The notes under the pieces: generated by a model
The model's database searches: none
Told to the model about the DNA's origin: nothing
Seen by the model: the letters and a program-made list of their open reading frames with translations, nothing else
Assembly (NCBI GenBank): GCA_021372155.1
Contig: JAJFUZ010000167.1
Coordinates: 1 to 43,062 of the forward strand
Direction of reading: 5' to 3'
From: Parachlamydia sp.
Lineage (GTDB): Bacteria; Chlamydiota; Chlamydiia; Chlamydiales; Parachlamydiaceae
DNA length: 43,062 nucleotides
Shown: in pieces, positions 16,078 to 25,587 of the stretch
How positions within the stretch are numbered: the first letter of the stretch is position 1
Layout of the letters: the number at the start of each line of letters is the position of its first letter
Program-made: the position numbers and the translations under genes

Positions 16078-18804
16078 GTGAAGACTCTTTTTAAGCATCT
16101 TTTTGCTTTATTTATGCGCTGCGCCTTATGGTTCCGCTATAAGGTGACAATTGTTGGTCTGGAAAAGCTGACTCCGGAAACGCTGTCGAAACCGGGAGGG
16201 GTGCTCTTTCTGCCTAACCATCCCTCTTTGTTTGTCGACCCGGCTCTAGTGACGCTGGCCGTCTGGCCCCGCTTTCCCATTCGGCCACTCATTGTCGAGT
16301 ATCAATTCTATGCACCTGTGGTCAATCAGTTGATGCGCTGGCTCGACGCACTGCCTATCCCGAATTTCCACACCAGTACCAACAGCTTCAAACGCAAACG
16401 CAACGAGCGGGCCTGGCAGACAGTCATCAAAGAGCTGCGCAACGGTCAGAATTTTCTGATTTATCCCGCTGGCAAGCTGAAGCTGACCGGATATGAAGCC
16501 ATTGGCGGCGCTTCAGGCGTCCACCGTATCATTCAGGAGGCTCAGGAAGCAAACGTGGTGCTTGTCCGCATCAAGGGTCTTTGGGGAAGCTCCTTTTCGC
16601 GCTCCATCACGGGTGCTGTGCCTTCTCTCTTTCCTACAATCTTCAGCGGCGTCAAGCATGCATTGAAAAATCTGCTGTTTTTCACACCGAGACGCCATGT
16701 CATCCTGGAATTTGAACCCGCCCCCGCCGATTTTCCCTATAAAGGTTCGCGCCTGGAGTTAAACCACTATCTGGAAGCCTGGTACAACCGTCCCGATGGC
16801 CTATCCAAACAGCAGGGGCAGGCTCCTGGTGATTCTCTGATGCTTGTCTCCTATAGCCGCTGGAAGCCGATTTATGCGACACCGCACGCAGCCGAACGGC
16901 GCGAAAAGGAAGAGATCGATCTGACGGCCATTCCTGAAGATGTCAAACAAAAAGTGCTGCACAAGATTTCCGAAATTACCGAATTTCCCATTCCTCAGAT
17001 CGCCCCTGAAATGCAGCTGGCGACAGATCTTGGCATGGATTCGCTCGATATGTCCGAAATGGTCATCTTTCTCCAGGACTACTTCGACATCAAAGGCGTG
17101 CCAGGCACGGAGATGACATCTGTCGGCAGAGTGATGGCCATCGCATCGAAGCAGGTGGTCTGTAAAGAGGAGATGCAGGAAGAGGTGACCGATACGACCC
17201 GCTGGTTTCAGCCGGTAGGGGAAAGAGTTCGCAAGCGGCTTGCTGAAGGGAAGACCATTCCCGAAGTTTTCCTTAACAATTGCGACCGCATGGGCAAAGC
17301 TGTCGCCTGCGCCGATATGCGGTCAGGGGTCATGACCTATTCACAGCTTAAAATGCGCGCCCTTCTTTTAGCCGAGTATATTCGCAAGCAGCCTGGCGAT
17401 TTTATCGGCATCATGCTGCCAGCTTCTGTCGCCGCAAACCTTCTCATCCTGGCGGTGCAGCTTGCCGGCAAAGTGCCTATGATGATCAACTGGACCATCG
17501 GGCCGCGCCATCTTGAATCAGTCATCCAGATTTCCCAGGTCAAAACTGTACTGACTGCATGGTCGTTTCTGGACAAAATGGAAAATGTCGATCTGACACC
17601 AATCGAAGACCGGCTGATCATGCTGGAAGATTTGCGCCGCGAATTTTCACTTGGCGACAAGCTAAAGGCATTTATGAGGTCGAGGCAGTCGGCTAAGAGA
17701 CTGCTCAAAAAGCTGAAACTGGATCAGTTGTCAGAAGATGGCCGCGCTGTTCTGCTCTTCACGAGCGGAACCGAGAGCATGCCCAAGGGTGTACCACTCA
17801 GCCATAAGAACGTCCTGTCCAATCAACGCGCAGCTTTTGATGGGTTGAAACTCTATTCAGACGACATCCTGCTGGGGATGCTGCCGCCTTTCCACTCCTT
17901 CGGCTTTACCGTGACAGGTCTCTTGACTCTGCTCTCCGGAATCCGAGTTGCCTTTTCACCCGACCCAACTGACGGCAAACGCCTGGTCCAGGCCACCGAA
18001 CGCTGGGGAGCGACGATCCTCTGCGGACCACCAACCTTTCTCAAAGCCATTTTCAAGTCAGCTCAACCTGAGCAGCTGCGCAGCGTTCGGCTCTGCTTTA
18101 GTGGAGCTGAAAAGGCACCGCCGGAACTCTTTGCCATCATGCATCAGTATGGTGGCGAAGATTTCTTCGTCGAAGGTTATGGCATCACCGAGTGCTCGCC
18201 TGTCCTGACTTTCAATCGTCAGGGCAAACCACGTCGCGGTGTGGGATTGCCGGCACAAGAGGTTGAACTTTGCATCGTGCACCCGGATACGTACGAAGAC
18301 CTGCCCACAGGCTCTCAAGGGATGATCCTGGCCCGCGGACCCAATGTCTTTTCGGGCTACCTCAACCCGGGACTCAGTTCGCCATTTGTTGACCATCGCG
18401 GTCTTTCGTGGTATAAGACAGGCGACCTGGGATTCTTGGATGAAGAGGGGAACCTGACGATCTCTGGACGGCTCAAGCGATTTGTCAAGATAGGCGCTGA
18501 GATGATCAGCCTGGCGTCTGTTGAAGATGGGCTTCTGCAGATCGGCCTGCAGAAAGGGTGGCCAATCCACAGTGATGGACCTTCCCTTGCGGTTTGTGCA
18601 CAAGAGATCGTCGGCGAAAAGCCGCGCTTCTACCTTTTCACTAAACTTGGGCTGGACACTGACGAGGTAAACAAAACCCTCAGAGATGCTGGCTTCAGCA
18701 ACCTGGTAAAGATCTCGCAGGTCATCAAATTGGATGAAATCCCTGTCATGGGAACTGGAAAAACAAACTATCGCCTTCTGGAATCAGAATATTTGCCAAA
18801 ATAG
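16078..18804 (+). CDS. aas: tri-domain lysophospholipid acyltransferase / carrier-protein domain / acyl-ACP (AMP-forming) synthetase, Aas-like
   Basis: N-terminal PlsC-type segment (FLPNHPSLFVDP), central phosphopantetheine-attachment motif (DLGMDSLDMSE), and C-terminal adenylate-forming motifs (LLFTSGTESMPKGV, GYGITE, YKTGDLG, GKTNY). Confidence 0.8.
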   Translation: MKTLFKHLFALFMRCALWFRYKVTIVGLEKLTPETLSKPGGVLFLPNHPSLFVDPALVTLAVWPRFPIRPLIVEYQFYAPVVNQLMRWLDALPIPNFHTSTNSFKRKRNERAWQTVIKELRNGQNFLIYPAGKLKLTGYEAIGGASGVHRIIQEAQEANVVLVRIKGLWGSSFSRSITGAVPSLFPTIFSGVKHALKNLLFFTPRRHVILEFEPAPADFPYKGSRLELNHYLEAWYNRPDGLSKQQGQAPGDSLMLVSYSRWKPIYATPHAAERREKEEIDLTAIPEDVKQKVLHKISEITEFPIPQIAPEMQLATDLGMDSLDMSEMVIFLQDYFDIKGVPGTEMTSVGRVMAIASKQVVCKEEMQEEVTDTTRWFQPVGERVRKRLAEGKTIPEVFLNNCDRMGKAVACADMRSGVMTYSQLKMRALLLAEYIRKQPGDFIGIMLPASVAANLLILAVQLAGKVPMMINWTIGPRHLESVIQISQVKTVLTAWSFLDKMENVDLTPIEDRLIMLEDLRREFSLGDKLKAFMRSRQSAKRLLKKLKLDQLSEDGRAVLLFTSGTESMPKGVPLSHKNVLSNQRAAFDGLKLYSDDILLGMLPPFHSFGFTVTGLLTLLSGIRVAFSPDPTDGKRLVQATERWGATILCGPPTFLKAIFKSAQPEQLRSVRLCFSGAEKAPPELFAIMHQYGGEDFFVEGYGITECSPVLTFNRQGKPRRGVGLPAQEVELCIVHPDTYEDLPTGSQGMILARGPNVFSGYLNPGLSSPFVDHRGLSWYKTGDLGFLDEEGNLTISGRLKRFVKIGAEMISLASVEDGLLQIGLQKGWPIHSDGPSLAVCAQEIVGEKPRFYLFTKLGLDTDEVNKTLRDAGFSNLVKISQVIKLDEIPVMGTGKTNYRLLESEYLPK

Positions 18805-18805
18805 T

Positions 18806-20212
18806 ATGAAACTCTACAACACTGAATCGCGTGCCAAAGAAACATTTCAACCCATGCGGCCACCTGAGGTGCGCCTCTATACCTGCGGGCCGACAGTCTA
18901 CCACTATGCGCATATCGGCAACTTCCGCACTTACATGTTCGAGGATCTCTTAAGGCGAACCTTGCAATACTTTGGGATGAAGGTGACGCAGGTGATGAAC
19001 CTGACGGATGTCGACGATAAGACAATCCGAGGCGCCTGGGCGGGAAAGATGACTCTTGAAGACTATACCAGGCCCTTTATCGAAGCCTTTTTTCAAGATC
19101 TGAAGACTCTTGGGATTGAACCCGCCGAGCACTACCCTGCGGCCACAGGCTATATTCCACAGATGATTCAGATGATCCAGGTGCTCCTGGAAAAGGGGAT
19201 CGCCTACACGGGCGGCGACGGCAGTGTCTATTACGCCATCCGCAAATTCCCGCGCTACGGCTGCCTCTCACACCTTCACCTGGACGAACTTCAGGCAGGC
19301 GCTTCTGAACGGGTGGCGGCCGACGAATATGATAAGGATCACGTATCTGATTTTGTCCTTTGGAAAAAGTATGATTCGGAAAGAGACGGGGAGATATTCT
19401 GGGAGAGCCCCTTTGGCCGCGGCAGGCCGGGATGGCACCTGGAATGCTCCGCCATGGCGATCAGCCTGCTTGGCGAAACACTCGACATCCACGTGGGTGG
19501 GGTGGACAACATGTTCCCTCACCATGAGAACGAGATAGCCCAGTCGGAAGCCTATTCCGAAAAGCGCTTCGTCAAATGCTGGCTGCACTCTGAGCATCTC
19601 TTAGTCGATGGAAAGAAGATGTCGAAAAGCCTTGGCAATTTCTATACCCTGCGCGACCTGCTTCAGCGCGGCTTCACAGGGCGACAGGTGCGCTACATGC
19701 TCCTGCATACCCACTACCGGACCCAGCTCAACTTTACCTTTGCCGGGCTTGAATCAGTCAAACAATCCCTCCAGCGCCTGGATGATTTTATCCAGCGCCT
19801 GCAGGAAATTCAGTCAGAAGGGGAGCAGGGGAGTGCGGAGTCCTTGTTAAAAGCAACGGATAGCTCCTTTTCGGAGGCCCTTGCCGATGATCTCAATATT
19901 TCATCCGCCCTTGCCGCCCTGTTTGATCTGGTGCGCGAAGTCAATATCCTCTGCGACAGCGGCCGCCTTGGTCGCCAGGAAGCTTCGAAGGTCTTAGATC
20001 TCCTGCAGCGCTTCAACAAGGTTCTTGGCTTCCTCATCTTTGAACGCGTAGGCGATTCCATTCCACAGGATCTTCTCGAAGCTCTGGAGAAAAGACTCCA
20101 GGCAAGACGCGATAAAAACTGGTCGCTCGCTGATTCTCTCCGCGATCTGATCCACAGCCGCGGCTATACCATCGAAGATACCCCCGCAGGGGCCAGATTA
20201 AAGAAGCAGTAA
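18806..20212 (+). CDS. cysS: cysteine--tRNA ligase
   Basis: CGPTVYHYAHIGNFR (HIGH) and KMSKSLGN (KMSKS). The start is trimmed to the ATG at 18806, just after the upstream stop. Confidence 0.95.
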   Translation: MKLYNTESRAKETFQPMRPPEVRLYTCGPTVYHYAHIGNFRTYMFEDLLRRTLQYFGMKVTQVMNLTDVDDKTIRGAWAGKMTLEDYTRPFIEAFFQDLKTLGIEPAEHYPAATGYIPQMIQMIQVLLEKGIAYTGGDGSVYYAIRKFPRYGCLSHLHLDELQAGASERVAADEYDKDHVSDFVLWKKYDSERDGEIFWESPFGRGRPGWHLECSAMAISLLGETLDIHVGGVDNMFPHHENEIAQSEAYSEKRFVKCWLHSEHLLVDGKKMSKSLGNFYTLRDLLQRGFTGRQVRYMLLHTHYRTQLNFTFAGLESVKQSLQRLDDFIQRLQEIQSEGEQGSAESLLKATDSSFSEALADDLNISSALAALFDLVREVNILCDSGRLGRQEASKVLDLLQRFNKVLGFLIFERVGDSIPQDLLEALEKRLQARRDKNWSLADSLRDLIHSRGYTIEDTPAGARLKKQ

Positions 20213-20458
20213 ATGAGCAAAACGAAAGATGAACAATTTGTGCTCTGGCTCTACCTCACAGCAAAAGAGGCCGGAGACCCAGAGATGGCCCTCAACCGCT
20301 ATGATGTGGGCGCCAAAGCAAACCTCAACCCCAAAGCAGTAGATGCCATCTGCCGCCTGTTAGTCCAGGCTAACTTCATCCGCAAAGTCGGTGAAGAGGA
20401 GGTACGCCTCACTCCCCATGGCCTGAAGCTTGCCGAACGTCTTTTAGGCGAACCTTAA
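20213..20458 (+). CDS. small hypothetical protein, possibly winged-helix
   Basis: 81 aa. The ATG immediately follows the cysS stop (TAAATG). No motif recognised with confidence. Confidence 0.45.
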   Translation: MSKTKDEQFVLWLYLTAKEAGDPEMALNRYDVGAKANLNPKAVDAICRLLVQANFIRKVGEEEVRLTPHGLKLAERLLGEP

Positions 20459-20466
20459 CTATTCAC

Positions 20467-21198
20467 TTATGGGCTTGCTGTAGGAGCTGGTTGTTGCGCT
20501 GGTGCAGGCTGTGCTATAGGTGCAGGAGCCTGTTGTTGCGCTGGTGCAGGTTGAACTGCAGGAACTGGAGCAGGTGGTGCTACGGGAGCAGGAGCTGGTG
20601 CTGCTGGATTCCCTGCAGGTGTCTGTGGACGAGCAGCCCCGACATGGATCGCAGGATCAGTTGGCTTCGGATCGGGGTGTGCTGGAGCTTCGAGAATCTT
20701 GGAGATTGGTCGGAATCCTTCCCTAAGCTTTCCAAAAGCCTCTTTCTTGGTTGTAAATTTCCTTTGGCGATCTGTTTTTTTTGCATCGCGCGCTTGATCA
20801 ATTTTTTTCTGGTAGGCTTCCAGTTTGCCCTGGAATGACAGTTCAAAGTCAACCTCACTCATATTCAGACGTTTGCTATTATTTTTCCCCGTATAGACAA
20901 GATACAGCTTTTTGCCCGTCGCTTCCAATTTGAAATCTTTTTTCCCCGCATAGACAGCCTCGAATACCTCATATTGCTTGACCATCTGCACAATTTTGTC
21001 TTTGGTCTCTTTGGAGGCCAGATAGCTGCGGATGTTGGCCTCATCGATAGGCTTATAGAAGGTTAAAGTGACCCAATACTCCTTTCCACCTTCCATTTTT
21101 TTCATGCTAACAAAAGTCTCGCTCTGATTTGTGACATACGTTACAGAGTCAAAACCTGAGATGCCATTGAGTGGGGCGGGCTGAACTGGGGCTGCCAT
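20467..21198 (-). CDS. hypothetical protein with a Pro/Ala/Gln-rich C-terminal tail
   Basis: AAGGAG lies 8 nt upstream of the ATG at 21198. The C-terminal ~70 aa are PAPA/QQ low complexity, encoded by a 19-nt direct repeat (20490-20508 and 20532-20550). Confidence 0.6.
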   Translation of the reverse strand: MAAPVQPAPLNGISGFDSVTYVTNQSETFVSMKKMEGGKEYWVTLTFYKPIDEANIRSYLASKETKDKIVQMVKQYEVFEAVYAGKKDFKLEATGKKLYLVYTGKNNSKRLNMSEVDFELSFQGKLEAYQKKIDQARDAKKTDRQRKFTTKKEAFGKLREGFRPISKILEAPAHPDPKPTDPAIHVGAARPQTPAGNPAAPAPAPVAPPAPVPAVQPAPAQQQAPAPIAQPAPAQQPAPTASP

Positions 21199-21598
21199 AT
21201 ACAAAACTCCTTAAAAATAATTAGAATATATTATATAAAATAACTGCCTATTTGTAAACAGTTATTTTATTTTTTGTAGGGAGAAGTAGAAGTTTAATGA
21301 TCGCTGTTGCAGCTGCTATTCGAACAAGCGTTGCGGTCGACTTTTCAATTGCTCGGTTTAAATCCCGATTCTCCTGAATTGGAGATTGCTTTTTAGAACC
21401 TGTTCTGAATCATCTATTTAAGTATTACTAATACTGAAATTTGGGCGGTATGTAATCAAATGAATGTAGGCAAGCATAACACGGCCTATGTCCAAGCTAT
21501 TTATCAAGGCCTTCAGGCTTTTGTTCAGACTATGAAAAACTTCGCTTAAGACTCGCGGCGCGGAAACCTTGAGGATTCTCAAGTTTTCAGCGTCTTTT

Positions 21599-21994
21599 TC
21601 ATCTTTGCTCAGGTTTTGTCTCTTCCTTTTTTCCCTCAGAGGCGCGTTTTTCTTCTAGAAAGGACTGAAATTTCTTCTTTTGAATATCAAATTCTGACTT
21701 CAGATCATCGTAGGCTTTTTGCAGCTGCTCCGAAATTGTAGCTTCGCCAGCTTTTGCTCCACTGGCCTGGTAGGTTTCAGTCTTGCCTTTTGACAGATTT
21801 TCAAAATATTTGCGGACCAGGTCTTTATTAGCCACGCCGAAAGCTGCGACCAAGGCAAAAAGCAAAAAGAGAAGTGTCAGTGTAAAGCCGATCAGGCGTT
21901 TAGCGACAAGAAAGAGCGTGATCAGAAAGATGATGACTCCGGTACCAAATGCCATCCCGTTGACGTTGATGAGACAGTTGTAAAATTCCTGCAT
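21599..21994 (-). CDS. small membrane protein with paired TM segments and a charged coiled tail (Inc-like topology)
   Basis: GTGVIIFLITLFLVAKRLIGFTLTLLFLLFALVAAFGVA is followed by a K/E-rich C-terminus. Confidence 0.5.
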   Translation of the reverse strand: MQEFYNCLINVNGMAFGTGVIIFLITLFLVAKRLIGFTLTLLFLLFALVAAFGVANKDLVRKYFENLSKGKTETYQASGAKAGEATISEQLQKAYDDLKSEFDIQKKKFQSFLEEKRASEGKKEETKPEQR

Positions 21995-22054
21995 GGATAT
22001 CCTCCGCTATTTAACCGCATCATGTAGGAAAGGCAGTTAGTGTGCCAGAAATTT

Positions 22055-23248
22055 TTAGAGTTTTTCTGAAACAGGAGTTGCATCCCTCGGGTCGCAAAGA
22101 CCCAGGGTCCCGCGGGCGTCGGCCATCATAAAGAAGGTGCCGCAAATGACGAGAAGTTGCTTTTCTTGAAGGGAGCTAAGCGCCTGATGGATAGAGGCAT
22201 TAATCGAAACCTCTTGGGAGTAATGATGATAGCCCTGCTGATAGAGTAGGCGTGCCAAGTCGCTGGCTTTTGCGGCGCGGCTGCCGGGAGCCTCAGTAAG
22301 ATGGATGAAAGAGGCGTTTTGCCTTAAAACGGCGAGGCATCCGGCCAGATCTTTATTTTTTGATAGCGCGCAGACGACCCTCATGGAAGAATCGGGATAG
22401 ATGTGTCGAAGGGAGTGAAAAAGCTGCTCGAGACCATCGGGATTGTGGCCTACGTCGAGGATAACGCCAGGTTTGACCTCCTCCATGCGGCATGGGGGGC
22501 GTGCGGAGAGACCTTCCTGGATAGCTTGCGGGCCCATGCCGAGGAGTTCCATGGCACGTTTGGCCACAGCGCGATTCTCCTCGTCATAGCTTGCAAAGAT
22601 GCCATCGACTCGAAAATAGGGGCTTTTGTTAACTGTGGCGATTTTTTCAATAGTATTTTGAGGCGTTCTCGGTCCAGCAAGGATAGGAACAAAGGGCTTG
22701 ATGATTCCGGCCTTTTCGCGGGCAATTTCTTCCAGGGTGCTCCCAAGCATGTCGGTGTGATCCAGGCTGATCGAGGTGATCACGCTCAGAATGGGGGAGA
22801 CGATATTGGTGGCATCCAGGCGGCCGCCAAGGCCCACCTCCAGTACCGCGATATCCAGATTGTGGCGGGCAAAACAAAGGAAGGCGAGCAGAGTCGTCAC
22901 CTCAAAAAAGGTCGCAGGAATTTTTGTGCGATCGATTAGGTCAAATATCTCTCGTAAAAATAATGCGGCTTCTTCTTCCGCTATCATCTCCCCCTGCATG
23001 CGGATGCGCTCGCGGAAAGTGGCGATGTGGGGCGATGTGTAGAGGCCCACCCTTTTCCCAGAAACCTGCAAGGCTTTTGCGATTTTGGTGGAGACTGATC
23101 CTTTCCCATTTGTTCCTGCAATATGGACAACCGGGCAGGCTCGGGAGGGATATCCTAAAGATGCGTCTAGTTTCTGGATGTTTTCCAGCCCGAATTTCAT
23201 GCCGTACAGGCTGATGGCATAGAGGCGTTCTAACTGTTTAGAATACAT
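22055..23248 (-). CDS. folC: folylpolyglutamate synthase / dihydrofolate synthase
   Basis: HIAGTNGKGS P-loop, SPHI...F.ERI, and the overall Mur-ligase family layout. Confidence 0.9.
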   Translation of the reverse strand: MYSKQLERLYAISLYGMKFGLENIQKLDASLGYPSRACPVVHIAGTNGKGSVSTKIAKALQVSGKRVGLYTSPHIATFRERIRMQGEMIAEEEAALFLREIFDLIDRTKIPATFFEVTTLLAFLCFARHNLDIAVLEVGLGGRLDATNIVSPILSVITSISLDHTDMLGSTLEEIAREKAGIIKPFVPILAGPRTPQNTIEKIATVNKSPYFRVDGIFASYDEENRAVAKRAMELLGMGPQAIQEGLSARPPCRMEEVKPGVILDVGHNPDGLEQLFHSLRHIYPDSSMRVVCALSKNKDLAGCLAVLRQNASFIHLTEAPGSRAAKASDLARLLYQQGYHHYSQEVSINASIHQALSSLQEKQLLVICGTFFMMADARGTLGLCDPRDATPVSEKL

Positions 23249-24071
23249 TGTTTTTCAGATGATTGTCTTGAAGGCGTTGAAAGGTCTCTTCGGCCACCCA
23301 TGAGGCACCCAATGGGATCGTGGGTTTGACAGCGCCGTGAAAATCGGAACCCCCAGTCATAAGCCAACCACGCTTGGAGGCCAGCTCAATCCAGGGAGCG
23401 TTGGATTCAAGCGAAAAGCGGGCATAGTAGCATTCAATCCCATCGAAGGGCATTTCAAGAATTTTCTTGAGGATCGCAGGATCCTGGATGAGATGCGGAT
23501 GCGCGATGATGGCCATCCCTTTAGCCTCATGGATTACCGCGATCGTCTCCTCGACGCTAATAGGACGGCCTCTTGCAAAGGCTGGACGACCATCGCCAAT
23601 AAAGCGTTTAAAGGCGTCCTGGATATTGGGGACGTAGCCTTTTTGCACCATTGCCAGGGCAATATGGGGTCTGCCAACGGTTGCGGGAACAGCCGATCGC
23701 ACCTCTTCCATCGTCAGGGGCAACCCAAGGCGGCTAAGCTTCTCCAGAATCTCGTTGTTGCGCTCCTCTCTTCTGATCTCATGACGCTTGCAGAGTTCCA
23801 GAATGGCTGGGCTGGAAAGGGAGAATGCGTAGCCAAGGAGATGGACGCTTGTTCCATCCAGCATCGCTGAAAATTCGACTCCAGGGATCAAAGCAAGATG
23901 ATTCTGCTGGGCAGAACTGGTTGCAAGGGCAAAGGCGGCAATCGTATCGTGGTCTGTGATTGAAAGACCCTGCAAACCAGCAGCGATAGCTTCCTGGATA
24001 AGATCTTGGGGGGTTAAACTTCCATCAGAGCAGGTCGAGTGGCAGTGCAGATCAGCGCGGAAGGGCTGCAT
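23238..24071 (-). CDS. PHP-domain phosphoesterase (TrpH/YciV family)
   Basis: RADLHCHSTCSDGSL, SITDHDT and IIAHPH. The start at the MQPFRADLHCHS methionine (24071) is preferred to 24116. Confidence 0.8.
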   Translation of the reverse strand: MQPFRADLHCHSTCSDGSLTPQDLIQEAIAAGLQGLSITDHDTIAAFALATSSAQQNHLALIPGVEFSAMLDGTSVHLLGYAFSLSSPAILELCKRHEIRREERNNEILEKLSRLGLPLTMEEVRSAVPATVGRPHIALAMVQKGYVPNIQDAFKRFIGDGRPAFARGRPISVEETIAVIHEAKGMAIIAHPHLIQDPAILKKILEMPFDGIECYYARFSLESNAPWIELASKRGWLMTGGSDFHGAVKPTIPLGASWVAEETFQRLQDNHLKNNVF

Positions 24072-24951
24072 GGCAACCTTGGTAAGGAATGCAGCGCACT
24101 TCGCTTTCCAGCTCAACGCCGTGTTTAGCGAGAACGGAGCGTTTCACGAGGGCGATCAGGGCTTGTACATCCTCTGCAGTTGCCCTGCCTGTGTTAACGA
24201 GAAAGTTGGCATGCTTTTCCGAAACTTTGGCTCCGCCCACCACGGTACCTTTCAGCTCCGACTGCTCGATCATGGCCCCAGCGAAACCGCAAGAAGGGTT
24301 TCGGAAGATGCATCCGGCCGATTTGTCGCTGTAGGGCTGCGTATCTTTGCGATAGTTGATGATCTCGATCTGTTTAGTGCGCGCTGCGGGGTCGTGTACG
24401 AGCGAGAAAGTAGCGCCGACAATGGCTCCAGGCATATTCTGAAAAGGGGAAGTGCGGTAATTGAATTTAAGATCTTCGCGCTTCAGACAGTGCAAAGTTC
24501 CCTCTTCATCGAGAAAATCGACGCTGACAAGGCTCTCGCAGGTCTCTCTTTTGTTGGCTCCTGCATTCATAAAGACAGCTCCTCCAACTGTTCCTGGAAT
24601 GCCAGAGGCAAACTCCAATCCAGCCCATTGCTGGCGCGCCGTCTGAGCACCCAGTAGCGAAAAGCTGTAACCTGCACCCACATGAAAAACCCCAGGAGAG
24701 AACGATTCGATAAAATCGATCTTATTCAATAATATGGCCCCCGAAAAGCCACGGTCGTCAAACAGACAATTAGAACCCTTGCCCAGGATCAGATAGGGGA
24801 GAGTGGCCTCTTTGCAGAGGCGAAGGAGCTCGCGCATCGACTCAATGGATCGCACTTCAGCAAAATAGCGGGCAGGGCCTCCGATGCCAAAGGTGGAGAG
24901 GCTGCTCATCAACTTGCCAGTCTGGAAGAGGCGATCAATCTCCGTCATCAT
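24052..24951 (-). CDS. murB: UDP-N-acetylenolpyruvoylglucosamine reductase
   Basis: FGIGGPARYF, ILGKGSNCLF, GIPGTVGGAVFMNAGA and GCIFRNP. Confidence 0.9.
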   Translation of the reverse strand: MMTEIDRLFQTGKLMSSLSTFGIGGPARYFAEVRSIESMRELLRLCKEATLPYLILGKGSNCLFDDRGFSGAILLNKIDFIESFSPGVFHVGAGYSFSLLGAQTARQQWAGLEFASGIPGTVGGAVFMNAGANKRETCESLVSVDFLDEEGTLHCLKREDLKFNYRTSPFQNMPGAIVGATFSLVHDPAARTKQIEIINYRKDTQPYSDKSAGCIFRNPSCGFAGAMIEQSELKGTVVGGAKVSEKHANFLVNTGRATAEDVQALIALVKRSVLAKHGVELESEVRCIPYQGCHAALPR

Positions 24952-25462
24952 CTTCGTCCTTCAGTTTGACGCGATCGATCTCCTGTTTGATCGTCTCTTC
25001 CTTCTGCTGAAGAACTTGCAGGGTTCTTTCTATCTGGTGTTCGTCCACTTTTAAGCCCTGGCTCGATTTGTAAATATTATCCAGGAGAGCATTAATAAAG
25101 GCGCCACCCTCAGGGGAGCCGAATTTGCGCTCCAGCCTCAACGCCTCGGCAATGGCGACTTTGGGAGGAATGTCTGGATCGTGTAGGAGTTCATAAACGC
25201 CGATGCGCAGGATATTGCGCTCGACGCTTTGGATCCTTTCGAAGGAATATCCATGGGAACTTTTGGCAATCAGCGCATCAATTTCAGATAGACGTGCTGT
25301 GATTTCGCGCATTTTGGCCTGGGCATCCCGGACCACTTTGCGCGAAACGGCGAGCTCCGCCATCATAAGAGCCAGCATATCGCGCTCTTCGGATTTGCCC
25401 ATATCATGGCTATAGAGGAGTTGAAAGACGATCTCGCGGAATTTTTGCTGCGGAACAGGCAT
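24935..25462 (-). CDS. nusB: transcription antitermination factor NusB
   Basis: REIVFQLLYSHDMG, ERNILRIGVYELL and NALLD. Confidence 0.9.
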   Translation of the reverse strand: MPVPQQKFREIVFQLLYSHDMGKSEERDMLALMMAELAVSRKVVRDAQAKMREITARLSEIDALIAKSSHGYSFERIQSVERNILRIGVYELLHDPDIPPKVAIAEALRLERKFGSPEGGAFINALLDNIYKSSQGLKVDEHQIERTLQVLQQKEETIKQEIDRVKLKDEDDDGD

Positions 25463-25587
25463 GATGTGTCGTTTTGTCTCACCCTTATTCTATTCAAAGG
25501 CGCGCAAAGCCGCAAGGTAAATATAGCGCCTTGTCATTTTTGAGCCAAAGCGTTAAACTAGAAGCTCTAAAAATAATGGTATTCTGC

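Noticed and set aside
18734-18805. N-terminal extensions in the ORF track (cysS from 18734, csrA from 2359, HAD from 3190, fumC from 27031, M16 from 40058, hydrolase from 25474, lipoprotein from 8210).
   Set aside because: Internal ATGs with SD-like sequences, or with family-typical N-termini, fit better. The extensions overlap upstream genes or add non-homologous residues.
20467-20640. Checked the short direct repeats here and elsewhere for a CRISPR array.
   Set aside because: The repeats are in-frame coding repeats of a Pro/Ala/Gln tail. No repeat-spacer periodicity was seen anywhere in the window.
21205-21598. Checked the large intergenic gap for tmRNA, RNase P RNA, SRP RNA or another tRNA.
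   Set aside because: None of the conserved cores I know are present (tmRNA tRNA-like end, RNase P GGAAAGUCCGG-type motif, SRP GGAA tetraloop helix, cloverleaf).
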